DNA from: Candidatus Sabulitectum sp.
GTDB taxonomy: Bacteria; Fermentibacterota; Fermentibacteria; Fermentibacterales; JCC-6
Assembly (NCBI GenBank): GCA_023139045.1
Contig: JAGLOJ010000014.1
Coordinates: 22,264-86,263 of the forward strand
Direction: 5' to 3'
DNA: 64,000 nucleotides
Positions 18,736-29,084 of the stretch are shown piece by piece. The notes beneath the pieces are model-generated. The model was not told where the DNA came from, did no database searches, and saw only the letters and a list, made by a program, of their open reading frames with translations. How positions within the stretch are numbered: position 1 is the first letter of the stretch; each line of letters begins with the position of its first letter. Made by a program: the position numbers and the translations under genes.

Positions 18736-21189
18736 TTACTGTACTTTAAGCATCTTCTGAGTAAGAACCTGACCGGCAGTCTCAAGTCGGCAGAAGTAAA
18801 CTCCTGCACCGACTGGAGAACCTGCTGCATCAGTTCCATCCCAGATGATAGTATGGTTTGCCGCTGCCATCTCTTCGTTGGCAATGGTTGTTACAAGGCG
18901 ACCGGTCATGTCAAAGACATTTACCCTTACATTTCCGCCGACAGGAAGGCCGAAGCTTATTGCTGTCTGTGCGGTGAACGGGTTGGGTGCGTTGCCTCCG
19001 AGCACAAGCTGCGCCGGAATCTCCGGTGAGAAAACACCGAAGCCCTCGCCAAGAGCATAAATTCCGCCCTCTTCAACAGTTGCAAATATCTTCCCATTCT
19101 GCATCCAGCTGTCAAGTTTGACCCAGCCCTCATTTGTGTAACGATACACAGATGCGGCATTGGTGCTGCTGTTAAATGAGAGAGTTCCAGTTACTGCTGG
19201 AATGGCAACGGGACCGACAATAATACCGGTCATCCGACTGCGAATATCAGCAATGGAAAGGCCGGATTCCATGGCAAGACCAAGGGTACTGGTTTCTGCC
19301 AGGGTAATCATACTCCCGCTGGGAGCTCCGCCCTTAGGTACATCGAAGAAAACATTATCGATCTCCAGGCTGACATCGGTGTCGGCAAACCCAACTGCCA
19401 CTTCGCGAATTCCCTGCACGGTATGGCCTGTGCTGTCAAATCCGCTGAAGCTGAGAGTGTAGGTTCCGCTAGCCCAGGCGGGGAATATTCCCGTGAAAAG
19501 GCCACCATAGAAGCTGCTCATCTTGATGTTCTGTGTTGAATCACCAATTTGTGCTTTAAATACGGGGCCTACCCAGTCATATCCCTCGATCTCATCGGTA
19601 TCCGCATCCACCAGAGCCGTATAAACAGTTATGTACTGAGACATAATACCATTCTGGTGAAGAGCGGTCTCTGTTTCCGGGGCAACTTCATCATTGGAGA
19701 TGTAGTACCTCATGCCCATGGCACCGCCGGGGTTGTTGTTTGTCAGAATGATGTAGGTGTTTGGATCGCTCAGCGTGAAAGAAGTGTTGTAAAACTCATC
19801 AAAAACAAATGGTTCCACAGAGATGAACTCACCAGCCGCGTCATCACACTTGATAAGAAGGCCTTCCCAGCGCGAGTTTACAGCACTGTTGGCTCCGGAA
19901 CCATCAGAGTACTGACCATTGATGAATGTTACCCAGTCTTCTGTATAAGTGTTAAAACGGCAGTACTGGCTTGCCCAGACAGGCCCCTTCAATGCACGGG
20001 TCAATGGTGCAATCCATCCTTCAATGGGAAAGGAGTTAAAGGTCTTTGTGAAAGCAGCAGGCATTAATGCATGCGACCAGTTTTCCTGAGTTGTTCCCTC
20101 AAGGAAATCATACATGTAGATGCCCCCGGCATAATCACTGCGGAAGTCATTGTGAAGGTTGCAGACCAACCAGTCGAAGTAAAGCGGAACAACATGGTCA
20201 TTCACTGCTGTTTCTTCATCAGCGGCAGGATCGATTGCAAGAGCAATCGAGAGCATTCCGACATTTTCTGTATCCATGGCAATGGTGGAGATGATGTCAT
20301 CCCCCTCACGCTGTGCAAGATACATAAACCAGAGGAACTGCTGCCCCTTGGATGCTTCATGATCGTACTTGGCATTAGCAGCCTGAGAGTTGATCAACTC
20401 GATATATGCAACATTCGCGAATCCCTTAAGAAGTCCGAAGGCGCCGTGCTCATACACAGATGTATGCGTAAAACCAAAGCATCGGTACTGCATAACCTGA
20501 GAAATTCCACGAATCAGCCAGCGTTCTTCTTCTTTCTGGCTTGAAATCATGATTAGATCTGCCAGACCATTCGCCAGGTTCCACTCTCTCATCTCTACCG
20601 CTGCAGGCATCAAAAACGGCAAGAGGGTATTCGAATGAATGTTTACATAGAACACTTCCATGGCTTCGCCTTCTATCTCGTTGTAAGACAGATCAGCGTA
20701 GTGCATAATGTTCATTGGTACCGTTGATGTTGAACTGGCGCTGTATCTGGTAGGTATCGCAGCGAGAATAACAACGACTTTGCCGTCGCTGTTCAAATCC
20801 TCGGGTACTCCACAGTCTGCAGTTACTGTACCCCATACATTATCTTCGAATGAGGCAGTAAGCGCTGCGAAATCTGCGGGATCCACAAGATTAAGGGTAT
20901 CATTTGATCCCCATACAATCTTGGGTACGAATGTTGTATCCCCATTGCCGCCACTGTTGTCAATACGACTGGTGTCCTGAACCAGCCATACTGCGTGATC
21001 GGTTATGGCGCGACAGGTAAATATGTGTTCTTCCGGCGTTTGAGCGAACTCCTGCAGGTCAGGAACAAGCACGGTTACCTGATCATTTACCTCAATTGCT
21101 GAGGCATTGCCAACACCGAGGAGCGGCATCAGGAGAACAGCGAAGACGGCAAGAAGACCAATCCTCCCTTTTCTCGGCAATCTGTTCAT
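18736..21189 (-). CDS. Secreted protein with degenerate M30-like (gluzincin) domain and C-terminal FlgD-Ig/T9SS type-A-like sorting domain
   Basis: Signal peptide from MNRLPRK (GAGGAGG RBS). The N-terminal region resembles the M30 architecture (CRAITDHAVWLV...DLNSDGKVVVIL). C-terminal NAPNPF...VFDMTGRLV...WDGTD...GAGVYFCRL...QKMLKVQ. Confidence 0.75.
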   Translation of the reverse strand: MNRLPRKGRIGLLAVFAVLLMPLLGVGNASAIEVNDQVTVLVPDLQEFAQTPEEHIFTCRAITDHAVWLVQDTSRIDNSGGNGDTTFVPKIVWGSNDTLNLVDPADFAALTASFEDNVWGTVTADCGVPEDLNSDGKVVVILAAIPTRYSASSTSTVPMNIMHYADLSYNEIEGEAMEVFYVNIHSNTLLPFLMPAAVEMREWNLANGLADLIMISSQKEEERWLIRGISQVMQYRCFGFTHTSVYEHGAFGLLKGFANVAYIELINSQAANAKYDHEASKGQQFLWFMYLAQREGDDIISTIAMDTENVGMLSIALAIDPAADEETAVNDHVVPLYFDWLVCNLHNDFRSDYAGGIYMYDFLEGTTQENWSHALMPAAFTKTFNSFPIEGWIAPLTRALKGPVWASQYCRFNTYTEDWVTFINGQYSDGSGANSAVNSRWEGLLIKCDDAAGEFISVEPFVFDEFYNTSFTLSDPNTYIILTNNNPGGAMGMRYYISNDEVAPETETALHQNGIMSQYITVYTALVDADTDEIEGYDWVGPVFKAQIGDSTQNIKMSSFYGGLFTGIFPAWASGTYTLSFSGFDSTGHTVQGIREVAVGFADTDVSLEIDNVFFDVPKGGAPSGSMITLAETSTLGLAMESGLSIADIRSRMTGIIVGPVAIPAVTGTLSFNSSTNAASVYRYTNEGWVKLDSWMQNGKIFATVEEGGIYALGEGFGVFSPEIPAQLVLGGNAPNPFTAQTAISFGLPVGGNVRVNVFDMTGRLVTTIANEEMAAANHTIIWDGTDAAGSPVGAGVYFCRLETAGQVLTQKMLKVQ

Positions 21190-21289
21190 TTGAACCTCCT
21201 CGTAACTAGGTTTCTTTGTTACTTCGTATCTATTTTCTGCACCTGATTCTATGAATCGGTGCGCTTTATACATTTTTCGGCAGTACACA

Positions 21290-22615
21290 CTAAAACTCAT
21301 CATCGCCTCCGGAACTTCCGCCGCTGCGATTGACATTTTGTAACATGCTCTGCCAGTTTGAATAGCTGACTTCACCCTCTACTGTGGAATATATCTGGAG
21401 ATAATCTCCATTACCCATCAGATCAGCAAAAACAAAGCCCTCCTGCTCGGAACTGTAGTAGGTCCAGAGCTCGTAAGGTGCCTGAGTTGTACTGAAAGGA
21501 TCTGATTCCACCTCGTCGGGTTCACCGAAAATCAGGTACACCCTTCCCCTGTCAGTTTCCCATCCCTCTTTTCCCAGGGCTGAGAATCTTGCGGCCACGA
21601 CTCTGCTTCTTTCCAGATATCCGTTGTGCTCCCCTGGATTGGCATTCCAGTAGTTGTTGTAGTAAAGTGCCTTTCCGTCCTCGTCTAACCTGTTGAACAG
21701 TTCTGCTTCCTCCCGGTTCAGAAGAAGGGGGAATTCGATCAAACATCCGGTAGAGAAAATCTCCGGGGTTTGAACGGATTCAACAACTGGAAGAAAAACT
21801 TCCACAACCAGAGGTTTAAATACTGAACCTAAGGTATCCCCATTCTGAGTGTAGGTGACAGAAAGGGTGTAAAGCCCCGGTTCTCTCACCACGGAAAGAT
21901 CGATACTGTCAATCAAAGCAATCGTTTCCATTCCATCCGGAATGGAAATAACGTCTGCAGGTCTGGCGAAGATTGGCAGCCCTTCAGGATTCAGCAGTTT
22001 GCTGTACCTTAGAATATCAGTTCCCCCGAGGGAGTAGATCTCCTGGTAGGTATACAGCATGCTTTCACCCGGTACGGCAAACCTGGTTGATGCAGCTGGA
22101 AACACAATAATGCTTCCCTTCAAAAGCGAGTTAACCGAACCCTCAACTGCCGGCATGATAGTTCTGGCAATCTCAACATCACTTAGATGTTCAGGATGCT
22201 CAACAGAAAGTTCCCTGACAGCAACCCCCTGACGGCCATTGCCTGCATCTGTCATGCTTACAGTTAGTATCCAGTCACCCTCAAGTACAGGCAGCAGTGT
22301 GCAGTTTACCGCACGGCCACTTTCACTCCACGCAAGTGGAGTATTCCAAATGTCAGCCGCTACAGTATCACCCGGTACAGAGCAGAGAGATATCTCTGTA
22401 GTGAAGAGACACATTCCATCTGAACCCCGGGAAAACTGTGCGATATCCACTTCCTGATACACTTCAAGAAGAAGAGTATCTCCAGCCCCGGCTCTGATGC
22501 TGAAAACGGCTGTGTCAATGGCAAAATCAATATTGCCACGACTCACTGTTGCCAGCCCGAGGGCCGCCGCTGTAAATGCCAGTACCAGAAGAAGAGCAGT
22601 GGTGCTTCTAGTCAT
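21290..22615 (-). CDS. GWxTD domain-containing exported protein
   Basis: Signal peptide; C-terminal GWETDRGRVYLIFGEPDE...YELWTY...FVFAD. Confidence 0.88.
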   Translation of the reverse strand: MTRSTTALLLVLAFTAAALGLATVSRGNIDFAIDTAVFSIRAGAGDTLLLEVYQEVDIAQFSRGSDGMCLFTTEISLCSVPGDTVAADIWNTPLAWSESGRAVNCTLLPVLEGDWILTVSMTDAGNGRQGVAVRELSVEHPEHLSDVEIARTIMPAVEGSVNSLLKGSIIVFPAASTRFAVPGESMLYTYQEIYSLGGTDILRYSKLLNPEGLPIFARPADVISIPDGMETIALIDSIDLSVVREPGLYTLSVTYTQNGDTLGSVFKPLVVEVFLPVVESVQTPEIFSTGCLIEFPLLLNREEAELFNRLDEDGKALYYNNYWNANPGEHNGYLERSRVVAARFSALGKEGWETDRGRVYLIFGEPDEVESDPFSTTQAPYELWTYYSSEQEGFVFADLMGNGDYLQIYSTVEGEVSYSNWQSMLQNVNRSGGSSGGDDEF

Positions 22616-23777
22616 GTGACCATCCCTCTCTTGCGTTGAATGCTCTATCCACAATATTCCAGCCCTCGACCATTTCGTAATATCCGTATCCGTCCTGATC
22701 TACGAAAGTGACCGCAAGGGAAGGAGTAAAATACTGCCAGGTAATGTAGGGGTAGTAACCAATCTCAAACGGGAAATTCTCTACAATGTCCGGTTCTCCC
22801 ATTTTTGCATAAACTACGCCCCTGTCGGTGTTTATTCCACGTATTCCAGTGGTACTGAAATCTCTTGAGATCCTGTCAAGTCTGAGCAGGTATGCATCAA
22901 GGTATTCATTCTCTCTGGTTGCCGGGTTGGGATCCCGCCGGGCCCAGAAATCTGACATTACAGAATTTCTGTCTCCAAGACCTCCGGCTCGTTCAAGCTC
23001 TCTCATTTCATGGGTTGAAGCAATTGGTCTGATAAGAGTTTTCGTCTCATCAACATCATCACCCCACATATCCCAGGATTCGAGAACCAGAATTGAACTG
23101 GACGAGGAGGCAACAACACTGTCGCCTTGAAGAGCAGCCACAGTAAACCTGTATCTGCCTTTTTCAAGGCCATTGAGAGAAACATCTGCAGAGTAGGAAA
23201 TTACTCTATCTTCCCTGGCCTCACTTGTCAGCCAACCCTCCCGAACAACATCCGTTGATCTGTCAAGAAGGGCATAGGCTACGGGTGGTACATATTCTTC
23301 TTCCTCATTTTCCGGTATGTAAACATTCCAGAAGAGGCTGACACAACCGGAAGCCCTCACACAGCCGTCGGGAGAAATCCTGACGCCTCCGCTTGACCAG
23401 AGAGTACCATTTGCAGCATCGATAAATATCTCGACTTCACTGCTGAGGATTGCTCCCGATTCAAGGTCTGTGAGGGTAACGGATACAATATGTCCACCTG
23501 TTTCAAGTAAGTCGTAAGCAAGTACTTCACTAATCGGGAAAGAAGCATCTGTGATCCTGCTGCCTTTGCGAAGAAAACCTTCGCCGTCGATAGTGGCTGT
23601 TATCTCATAAGAGACAAGTGAACCACCGGCAACTGTGCTTACTGCGATAAGATCCTCCTCGTTTATCAGAACCGTTACCTCTGCTGATCCGGTATCTGTG
23701 GACCTGGAGGGGTAAGAACTCCAACTGAGACTGAAACTTGTCAACGCAAGCATTGTAAGGGCTGCAGCAAGTGTCAT
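22608..23777 (-). CDS. GWxTD domain-containing exported protein (GINTD variant)
   Basis: FWARRDPNPATRENEY...GINTDRGVVYAKMGEPD...WQY...FVD. Overlaps the next gene by 8 nt. Confidence 0.85.
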   Translation of the reverse strand: MTLAAALTMLALTSFSLSWSSYPSRSTDTGSAEVTVLINEEDLIAVSTVAGGSLVSYEITATIDGEGFLRKGSRITDASFPISEVLAYDLLETGGHIVSVTLTDLESGAILSSEVEIFIDAANGTLWSSGGVRISPDGCVRASGCVSLFWNVYIPENEEEEYVPPVAYALLDRSTDVVREGWLTSEAREDRVISYSADVSLNGLEKGRYRFTVAALQGDSVVASSSSSILVLESWDMWGDDVDETKTLIRPIASTHEMRELERAGGLGDRNSVMSDFWARRDPNPATRENEYLDAYLLRLDRISRDFSTTGIRGINTDRGVVYAKMGEPDIVENFPFEIGYYPYITWQYFTPSLAVTFVDQDGYGYYEMVEGWNIVDRAFNAREGWSHD

Positions 23778-23797
23778 TCAAGCCTTTCCGAGAGTCG

Positions 23798-23815
23798 GGA
23801 AGGGAAAACCCTTCC
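23798..23815. other. Intra-operon hairpin between the PorV-like gene and the GWxTD genes
   Basis: GGAAGGG-AAAA-CCCTTCC perfect 7-bp stem in the 57-nt spacer, with no strong U-tract. Confidence 0.5.
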
Positions 23816-23834
23816 GGTTTATCCAGCTATCCTG

Positions 23835-24812
23835 CTAGAATGAAAATCCAAGACTGGCACGGTGAACCATTTCCAGTCTGTTGAAATCCTGATACGCGTA
23901 ATCAAGAGTCAGAGCCTTGTCTCCCATAGGTACACGGAAACCGGCACCTGCGCTGAGACCCTCTTCATCTGTGTTCACACGATAGCCGCCCCTGAGGGCG
24001 ATCATGTTGTTGTACCAGTACTCCGCACCAATGTTAACCTGCTCAACATTGTCGGCAGGATGTACACCATCCACCTCCACGATGACCTGATGAGGACCCT
24101 GATCAACCACATCCATGGCAAGACCGATTCTGAAGTTCATGGGCATGGCATAAGGATCGTAGGTGTCAGTGGAATCTGATCCACTGTACCAGTTCTGACC
24201 CTCGCCGCCGGGGGTAAGCTCCGGTCCGAAGTTCTGAATTGACATTCCGATACGAAGTGTCTTGAAACCTGTGTCATAAAGTGTACCAATATCGACGGCA
24301 ATGCCACCTGCTGATACATCATCCCAGGCCTCACGGACATACTTTGCAGTCAGCCCCGCACTGAATCTGTCGGTAAGCATCCTTGCAAAAGAAAGACCAA
24401 CAACCATGTCTGAGCATGTGAAGGTTTCTGTTCCATTGGGATCCTCAACCGTGGTCCGGTATATGTCGCCGCTTGAAAGCAGACCGAACTGCAGGGCGAT
24501 AGTACCGATACCAGTCAATTCGTGCGTAACAATGCCACTGCCGTAAAGCATGTCGGCGTAGAGCTGTGTACCCGAGAACTGGAACTGTGTTCCGGGAACC
24601 CTTACGAGAGCACCTGGATTCCAGTAAGCAGCACTGGGATCATCAGCTGTAGCGACAAAGGCACCGCCCATAGCCACTCCACGGCATCCAACGCCGATTT
24701 TAAGGAACTGGGCACCTGACGTTCCTGTTTTTGCAAAGGAAGCCTCCGCAAGAGCAGGGAACAGCAGGAAGGCAACCAGTGCGGTTGCAAGTATCATGCT
24801 TGTTCGCTTCAT
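23835..24812 (-). CDS. PorV/PorQ (UPF0164)-like outer-membrane beta-barrel
   Basis: GTSGAQFLKIGVGCRGVAMGGAFVATADDPSAAYWNPG N-terminal motif, alternating beta strands and a C-terminal LGFSF. GGAGG RBS precedes the ATG at 24812. Confidence 0.88.
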   Translation of the reverse strand: MKRTSMILATALVAFLLFPALAEASFAKTGTSGAQFLKIGVGCRGVAMGGAFVATADDPSAAYWNPGALVRVPGTQFQFSGTQLYADMLYGSGIVTHELTGIGTIALQFGLLSSGDIYRTTVEDPNGTETFTCSDMVVGLSFARMLTDRFSAGLTAKYVREAWDDVSAGGIAVDIGTLYDTGFKTLRIGMSIQNFGPELTPGGEGQNWYSGSDSTDTYDPYAMPMNFRIGLAMDVVDQGPHQVIVEVDGVHPADNVEQVNIGAEYWYNNMIALRGGYRVNTDEEGLSAGAGFRVPMGDKALTLDYAYQDFNRLEMVHRASLGFSF

Positions 24813-24825
24813 GGTTTCCTCCCTT

Positions 24826-27093
24826 CTACTTGATGATTGCGAACTTATCAATCACAAAGTCGTCTGCGGTCTCTACTCTGTAAACGTAGAGGCCAGTTAC
24901 TATATCCTGATCATTTCTGGAGACAAGATCCCAGTATTCTGTACCAACCTCACCAGTATAATCACGATGCTCAAGAGATATTACATGATCTCCCGCAAGT
25001 GTAAATATGTGAATATCACACATGGATGGAAGATTAACGAATGCAATTTTGTTAAAGTAGGTTGTTTCCCAGGCTGCACTCATCTTGTAGGGATTGGGAA
25101 CTACTCTCACATTCTCGGTCCAGTTGGCATCAGTACCCCAGTTCGGAGTAACAGCAACGGGAACTCCCTCTAAAGACTGCTTGTAATTGCTTTTGGTGCT
25201 TTCAACAAGAGTTTCGGCATCATAGGCAGTAACAACATAGTAGTAAGGGAAACCGTTACGGGCTGTGTTATCCGTGTACTCGTGAACACCGGCCTCAGTT
25301 ATCGTAGCGATGACTTCGAAGTTGCCGGGCTCAAAGGTAGAACGATATACCTTGTATCCACCGAACGGGGAATATGCTTCTGCATTGGCGCCCCACTCAA
25401 GATGAACAGCGTTGTTCTGACCTTCGTAGAAAAGAACTGGCGTAGGAGGAAGATCGGGCACTCCCCAGTCGCCATCAAGGTAGTAGGCACTGAGAAGCTC
25501 ATCTGCCGCCTCTCTTGCACCTTCAAGGCCGAGACCAATAAGCCAGCCACCTATAACGAACAGGCTGTCGCCGTCGTCAAGGGTCACCGGGCCCATGTTG
25601 GGAAGGAACCTGTAATCGAATACAGGATACGTGAGGGCAAAAGGGTTGTCGTAAACAAACGGCCACGGACCGGGATTTGGTGCGACTCTCGCTTCCGGTG
25701 TATTGGGGTTTCCAACCCAGTTTTCCATGTAGGCCGGTCCACTGTGCTGACCACTCTGGTCAGGGAAAACACCCCACATGTAGTCATAAACCTGAAGATC
25801 ACTTCCAGGATCACTTTCCCAGTTCCACCAGGCATGACTTAGTGGAATAGCAACGTCATAAACATCACAAGGACGCTCAACATCACCGTTGGCTTTCACT
25901 ACCCAGAGGTCAAGCAAACGCCAGCCGATAAAACCGTTACAGGGTACATCAATGTGCTGATCACCGCTGTCATCACTTGTGCTTCCTGTTGCATCACTGT
26001 CCCACATGTAGCTCATGTTTCGAGGAACAACGGCGTAGGTTGTGTCTCCTACTACATGCTGCCAGAAATTCTCCGGGCGGTTACCCTCTGTAAACATATC
26101 CATACCGGTTCCGCTGTTGACAGGATAGATATAGGTTGAAGGGTCATTAAAATTAGTTGTCTTGAAAAGTATGGTGTAATGGTCGGAAACACCGTCACCA
26201 TTGACATCATTATCCATGAAACTGTCAGATCCGATGTAGTTGTAGTAGTACCAGATGTTGTCGGGATCGTCTTTTTCCAGCGGGCTGTCAGGATTCTGCT
26301 GGTAAACATAGATGTTCTGCTCACTGGCAATAGTTTCATCGTCGAAAACATACTCGAAGTCTGGTGCTGTTGTAACATCACCGCTGTTAAGCCAGATGGC
26401 ATGTCCATCATAGTAGACCATATCATCCAGGTGCGTTTCTACAGGGTTTGCGGTGGCAATATCACAGTCACCGCGAATGCCCAGAACCAGGCCGTCAAGA
26501 GGCTTACCGCTGCCATACTGGCTGTGGTGTGTTACAGCAAACTTGTTTGCGATAAAGTTGTTGTAACCGGGTGTTCCCCAACTGTAGTTTTCCTCCCAGA
26601 CCTGCATTCCGTACGGATTCTCGTTTCTGGAGGCATACCAGTCATCATAACCGTACTGAGTCTGCTCAAGAGCAGTGGGGCCCGGAACAAGTTTTTCCAT
26701 GGGGAAACCCTCGCTCGTCCAGAGCTCGTAGCCAGAGCTGGCGTTTGCGTTGGCGCAGCTTGCCCATTTACCGAGACTGTCTTGGAATGAGCTGGTAATT
26801 TTACCGGCGCACGAGCTGAAAAGAGTACCCTGCCAGAGGTAGTAACTTCCCGACCCGGCGGGCCACTCCATTGAAGGGTATTCTGCTTTGCTGTCACCGA
26901 ACACGCCGATGTTCAGAAATGTACACCAGACATTACTCAGGTTGTGCAGTCCCATGACCACGGCAGGCCTGTCATCTGTGCCTTCCGGCAATGGAACTTG
27001 TCTAAGATTTCTTGCGAGGCCGGTACCTGCAAACACAAAGAGTGCAAGCACGACGAGTGCAAGGAGTCCGCGACTTCGCCTCGTATTCCTCAT
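24826..27093 (-). CDS. Secreted FN3-domain protein with T9SS-CTD-like C-terminus
   Basis: Signal peptide from MRNTRR (GGAGG RBS). SMEWPAGSGSYYLWQG motif, FN3 (LEWG...GYKVYRS...YYYVVTAYD) and C-terminal VRVVPNPY...IFTLAGD...WDL...GLYVYRV...KFAIIK. Confidence 0.8.
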   Translation of the reverse strand: MRNTRRSRGLLALVVLALFVFAGTGLARNLRQVPLPEGTDDRPAVVMGLHNLSNVWCTFLNIGVFGDSKAEYPSMEWPAGSGSYYLWQGTLFSSCAGKITSSFQDSLGKWASCANANASSGYELWTSEGFPMEKLVPGPTALEQTQYGYDDWYASRNENPYGMQVWEENYSWGTPGYNNFIANKFAVTHHSQYGSGKPLDGLVLGIRGDCDIATANPVETHLDDMVYYDGHAIWLNSGDVTTAPDFEYVFDDETIASEQNIYVYQQNPDSPLEKDDPDNIWYYYNYIGSDSFMDNDVNGDGVSDHYTILFKTTNFNDPSTYIYPVNSGTGMDMFTEGNRPENFWQHVVGDTTYAVVPRNMSYMWDSDATGSTSDDSGDQHIDVPCNGFIGWRLLDLWVVKANGDVERPCDVYDVAIPLSHAWWNWESDPGSDLQVYDYMWGVFPDQSGQHSGPAYMENWVGNPNTPEARVAPNPGPWPFVYDNPFALTYPVFDYRFLPNMGPVTLDDGDSLFVIGGWLIGLGLEGAREAADELLSAYYLDGDWGVPDLPPTPVLFYEGQNNAVHLEWGANAEAYSPFGGYKVYRSTFEPGNFEVIATITEAGVHEYTDNTARNGFPYYYVVTAYDAETLVESTKSNYKQSLEGVPVAVTPNWGTDANWTENVRVVPNPYKMSAAWETTYFNKIAFVNLPSMCDIHIFTLAGDHVISLEHRDYTGEVGTEYWDLVSRNDQDIVTGLYVYRVETADDFVIDKFAIIK

Positions 27094-27184
27094 ACTCACT
27101 ATCACCTCCTGTCTTTCTCCAAACGTGCCTTTCATTGCAGTTCGGATCCTACTTGTGTTGTGTGTCATACCCATATGCCACACC

Positions 27185-27853
27185 CTAATTAGATAACTCA
27201 AAGTTGTAACCCAGTGAGGTCCATACGGCAACAGGTACATTGTTGTTGCGTGCAGGCGACCAGCGCGTATTCCACGCGGCCGACATGGCAGCCTGATCGA
27301 GACTGCTGACTCCACTTGAGTTGTAAAGCTGAACATCAGCCACAGTGCCGTCAGCTTTAACAAAGATCCAGAGTGTAACCAAACCCTCTACGCCGGCCTG
27401 GCTGGCAAGATCAGGGTAGTTTGCGGCTGGCCTGTAGGTGCAAACCGGGAAAACTTCTGCGGCCATAAACCGCGGTGGCCCCATTTCCCCGGACTGCCCC
27501 ATATCGCCAAGCTCATCACTCTGGTCAATGGTTAAAGCTTCTTCAAGCCCTTCTGTGTCGTCGCTGAGCGACAGCGTAATGTCAAGCTCTTCAATTATTT
27601 CTTCCGTTTCATCCTGCAATTCTTCCTGCTCTTCTTCAACTTCTTCTTCCTGTTCTTCAACATCGTCGTCGAAGGCAATGTCAGCCTCAACGGCTTCCAT
27701 CTGCGAATCTGAAGTTCGAGTAGACAGCCTGCCCAGTTCACTGGCAGGAATAAACTCGAAGAAGATGATCAGAAACGCAAGAGCCACAACAATTCCCCAC
27801 TCAAAGCCAAGTGCGGACTGTTTTCTGCTCTCTATATCAGCGCTTGTAGACAT
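27185..27853 (-). CDS. tonB: Energy transducer TonB
   Basis: N-terminal TM, Glu-rich (rather than Pro-rich) linker and TonB-C domain YPDLASQAGVEGLV...LDQAAM...WSPA. Confidence 0.88.
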   Translation of the reverse strand: MSTSADIESRKQSALGFEWGIVVALAFLIIFFEFIPASELGRLSTRTSDSQMEAVEADIAFDDDVEEQEEEVEEEQEELQDETEEIIEELDITLSLSDDTEGLEEALTIDQSDELGDMGQSGEMGPPRFMAAEVFPVCTYRPAANYPDLASQAGVEGLVTLWIFVKADGTVADVQLYNSSGVSSLDQAAMSAAWNTRWSPARNNNVPVAVWTSLGYNFELSN

Positions 27854-27864
27854 CTCACCTCCCC

Positions 27865-28329
27865 CTATATTCCTGTGCTCAATTCCTGAGCGTTAAACTG
27901 AATGCTGTACAACTCCTCGTAACGAAGATCCGCAAAAAGACCGACCATAGCACTCATAGGGACACGAGTGTCTGCATTGAGTACTATGACATCAAGGTGC
28001 TTGTTCTGCTCACGCCAGAATTTGTCAGCAAGACCTTTCAGTTGAACTGCAACCTGATCTACAGGCAGGTCGTAGTCGCCGATTCTTGCTATAACTTCAC
28101 TCTGGCTGTCACCGGGGTTCATCTGTTTGATCCAGACGGCCACGATGAGATTCTCCTTCCCGAGCTCGCTCATTACCTGAGGGTGAGCCTGGGGAAAGCG
28201 AATTCTGAGACCGGTGTCATCCTTGAAAATGGTTGTAGCCATGAAGAAGACAAGAAGCAGGAAAACGATATCCGACATTGTGCTGGATCCTATCGCACTG
28301 CCCACCTTCATTCGTCTTTTAAATTTCAT
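27865..28329 (-). CDS. exbD: Biopolymer transporter ExbD
   Basis: SSTMSDIVFLLLVFFMATT transmembrane segment with the conserved Asp, and LNAD..VP. Confidence 0.88.
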   Translation of the reverse strand: MKFKRRMKVGSAIGSSTMSDIVFLLLVFFMATTIFKDDTGLRIRFPQAHPQVMSELGKENLIVAVWIKQMNPGDSQSEVIARIGDYDLPVDQVAVQLKGLADKFWREQNKHLDVIVLNADTRVPMSAMVGLFADLRYEELYSIQFNAQELSTGI

Positions 28330-29072
28330 TGCACACCACCTAGTCTTTCCTGTATTGTGATACCGGTACGGCTGACACCGTTGCGCCTGAGAACATCAAG
28401 TGCACTGATCATGCCGTCATAATCACAATCGGGGAAAAACTTGAGAATAACAACAAGCTCACTCTCTCTTACGGCTGAAGCAATATCACCCTGTCTGGCG
28501 TCAGCAAGCACCAGAGTATCGCCAAAAGCCACTTCTCCGAAGTTTGGATCGATGACAGTGGGAGCATCTCCGCCCATGACTTCCCGGATCAGTCCGGAAC
28601 GCACTATGGCTGTAAGATTCTCTGCCTGAATCGCCGAACTCAAATTGGAATAAGTACCGGATCGTACACCCTTGGCAACTTCCAGATTGTTCAACAGTCT
28701 GGAAGATGTCGCTTCCACTGTTTCTGCTCTCTGAGATGCAAGAGTCATTATTCCAGCCTGAAGAATCGGGTCATCAAGGGCTACATCTTCACCGGCTCTG
28801 GCCCTCTGCAGCGGCCCGTCGGGGGGCGCCTGGTCTATAAGAGCTACATAGCTTCCCAGACCCCACTGCTTGATGGTCATAACAAGCCGGTTTGTTTCAT
28901 CGATCACTACCTCTTCAGTCTGTTCATCGGGTTTTTTAGGCAGCTGATAGCTGATACCCTTCTGAACATCAAAAGTGGTTGTCACCAGGAAGAAGATCAG
29001 CAGCAGGAATGCAATATCGGACATTGACGAATCGGAAAACTCGCCGGTGGCCCGTGGTCTTTCATTGCGCAT
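28326..29072 (-). CDS. exbD: ExbD/TolR family protein with large periplasmic insertion
   Basis: SSMSDIAFLLLIFFLVTT and C-terminal VILK..PDCDYDGMISALDVL. At 248 aa it is about 95 aa longer than the adjacent paralog. Confidence 0.8.
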   Translation of the reverse strand: MRNERPRATGEFSDSSMSDIAFLLLIFFLVTTTFDVQKGISYQLPKKPDEQTEEVVIDETNRLVMTIKQWGLGSYVALIDQAPPDGPLQRARAGEDVALDDPILQAGIMTLASQRAETVEATSSRLLNNLEVAKGVRSGTYSNLSSAIQAENLTAIVRSGLIREVMGGDAPTVIDPNFGEVAFGDTLVLADARQGDIASAVRESELVVILKFFPDCDYDGMISALDVLRRNGVSRTGITIQERLGGVQ

Positions 29073-29084
29073 TCTTGCTCCTTA

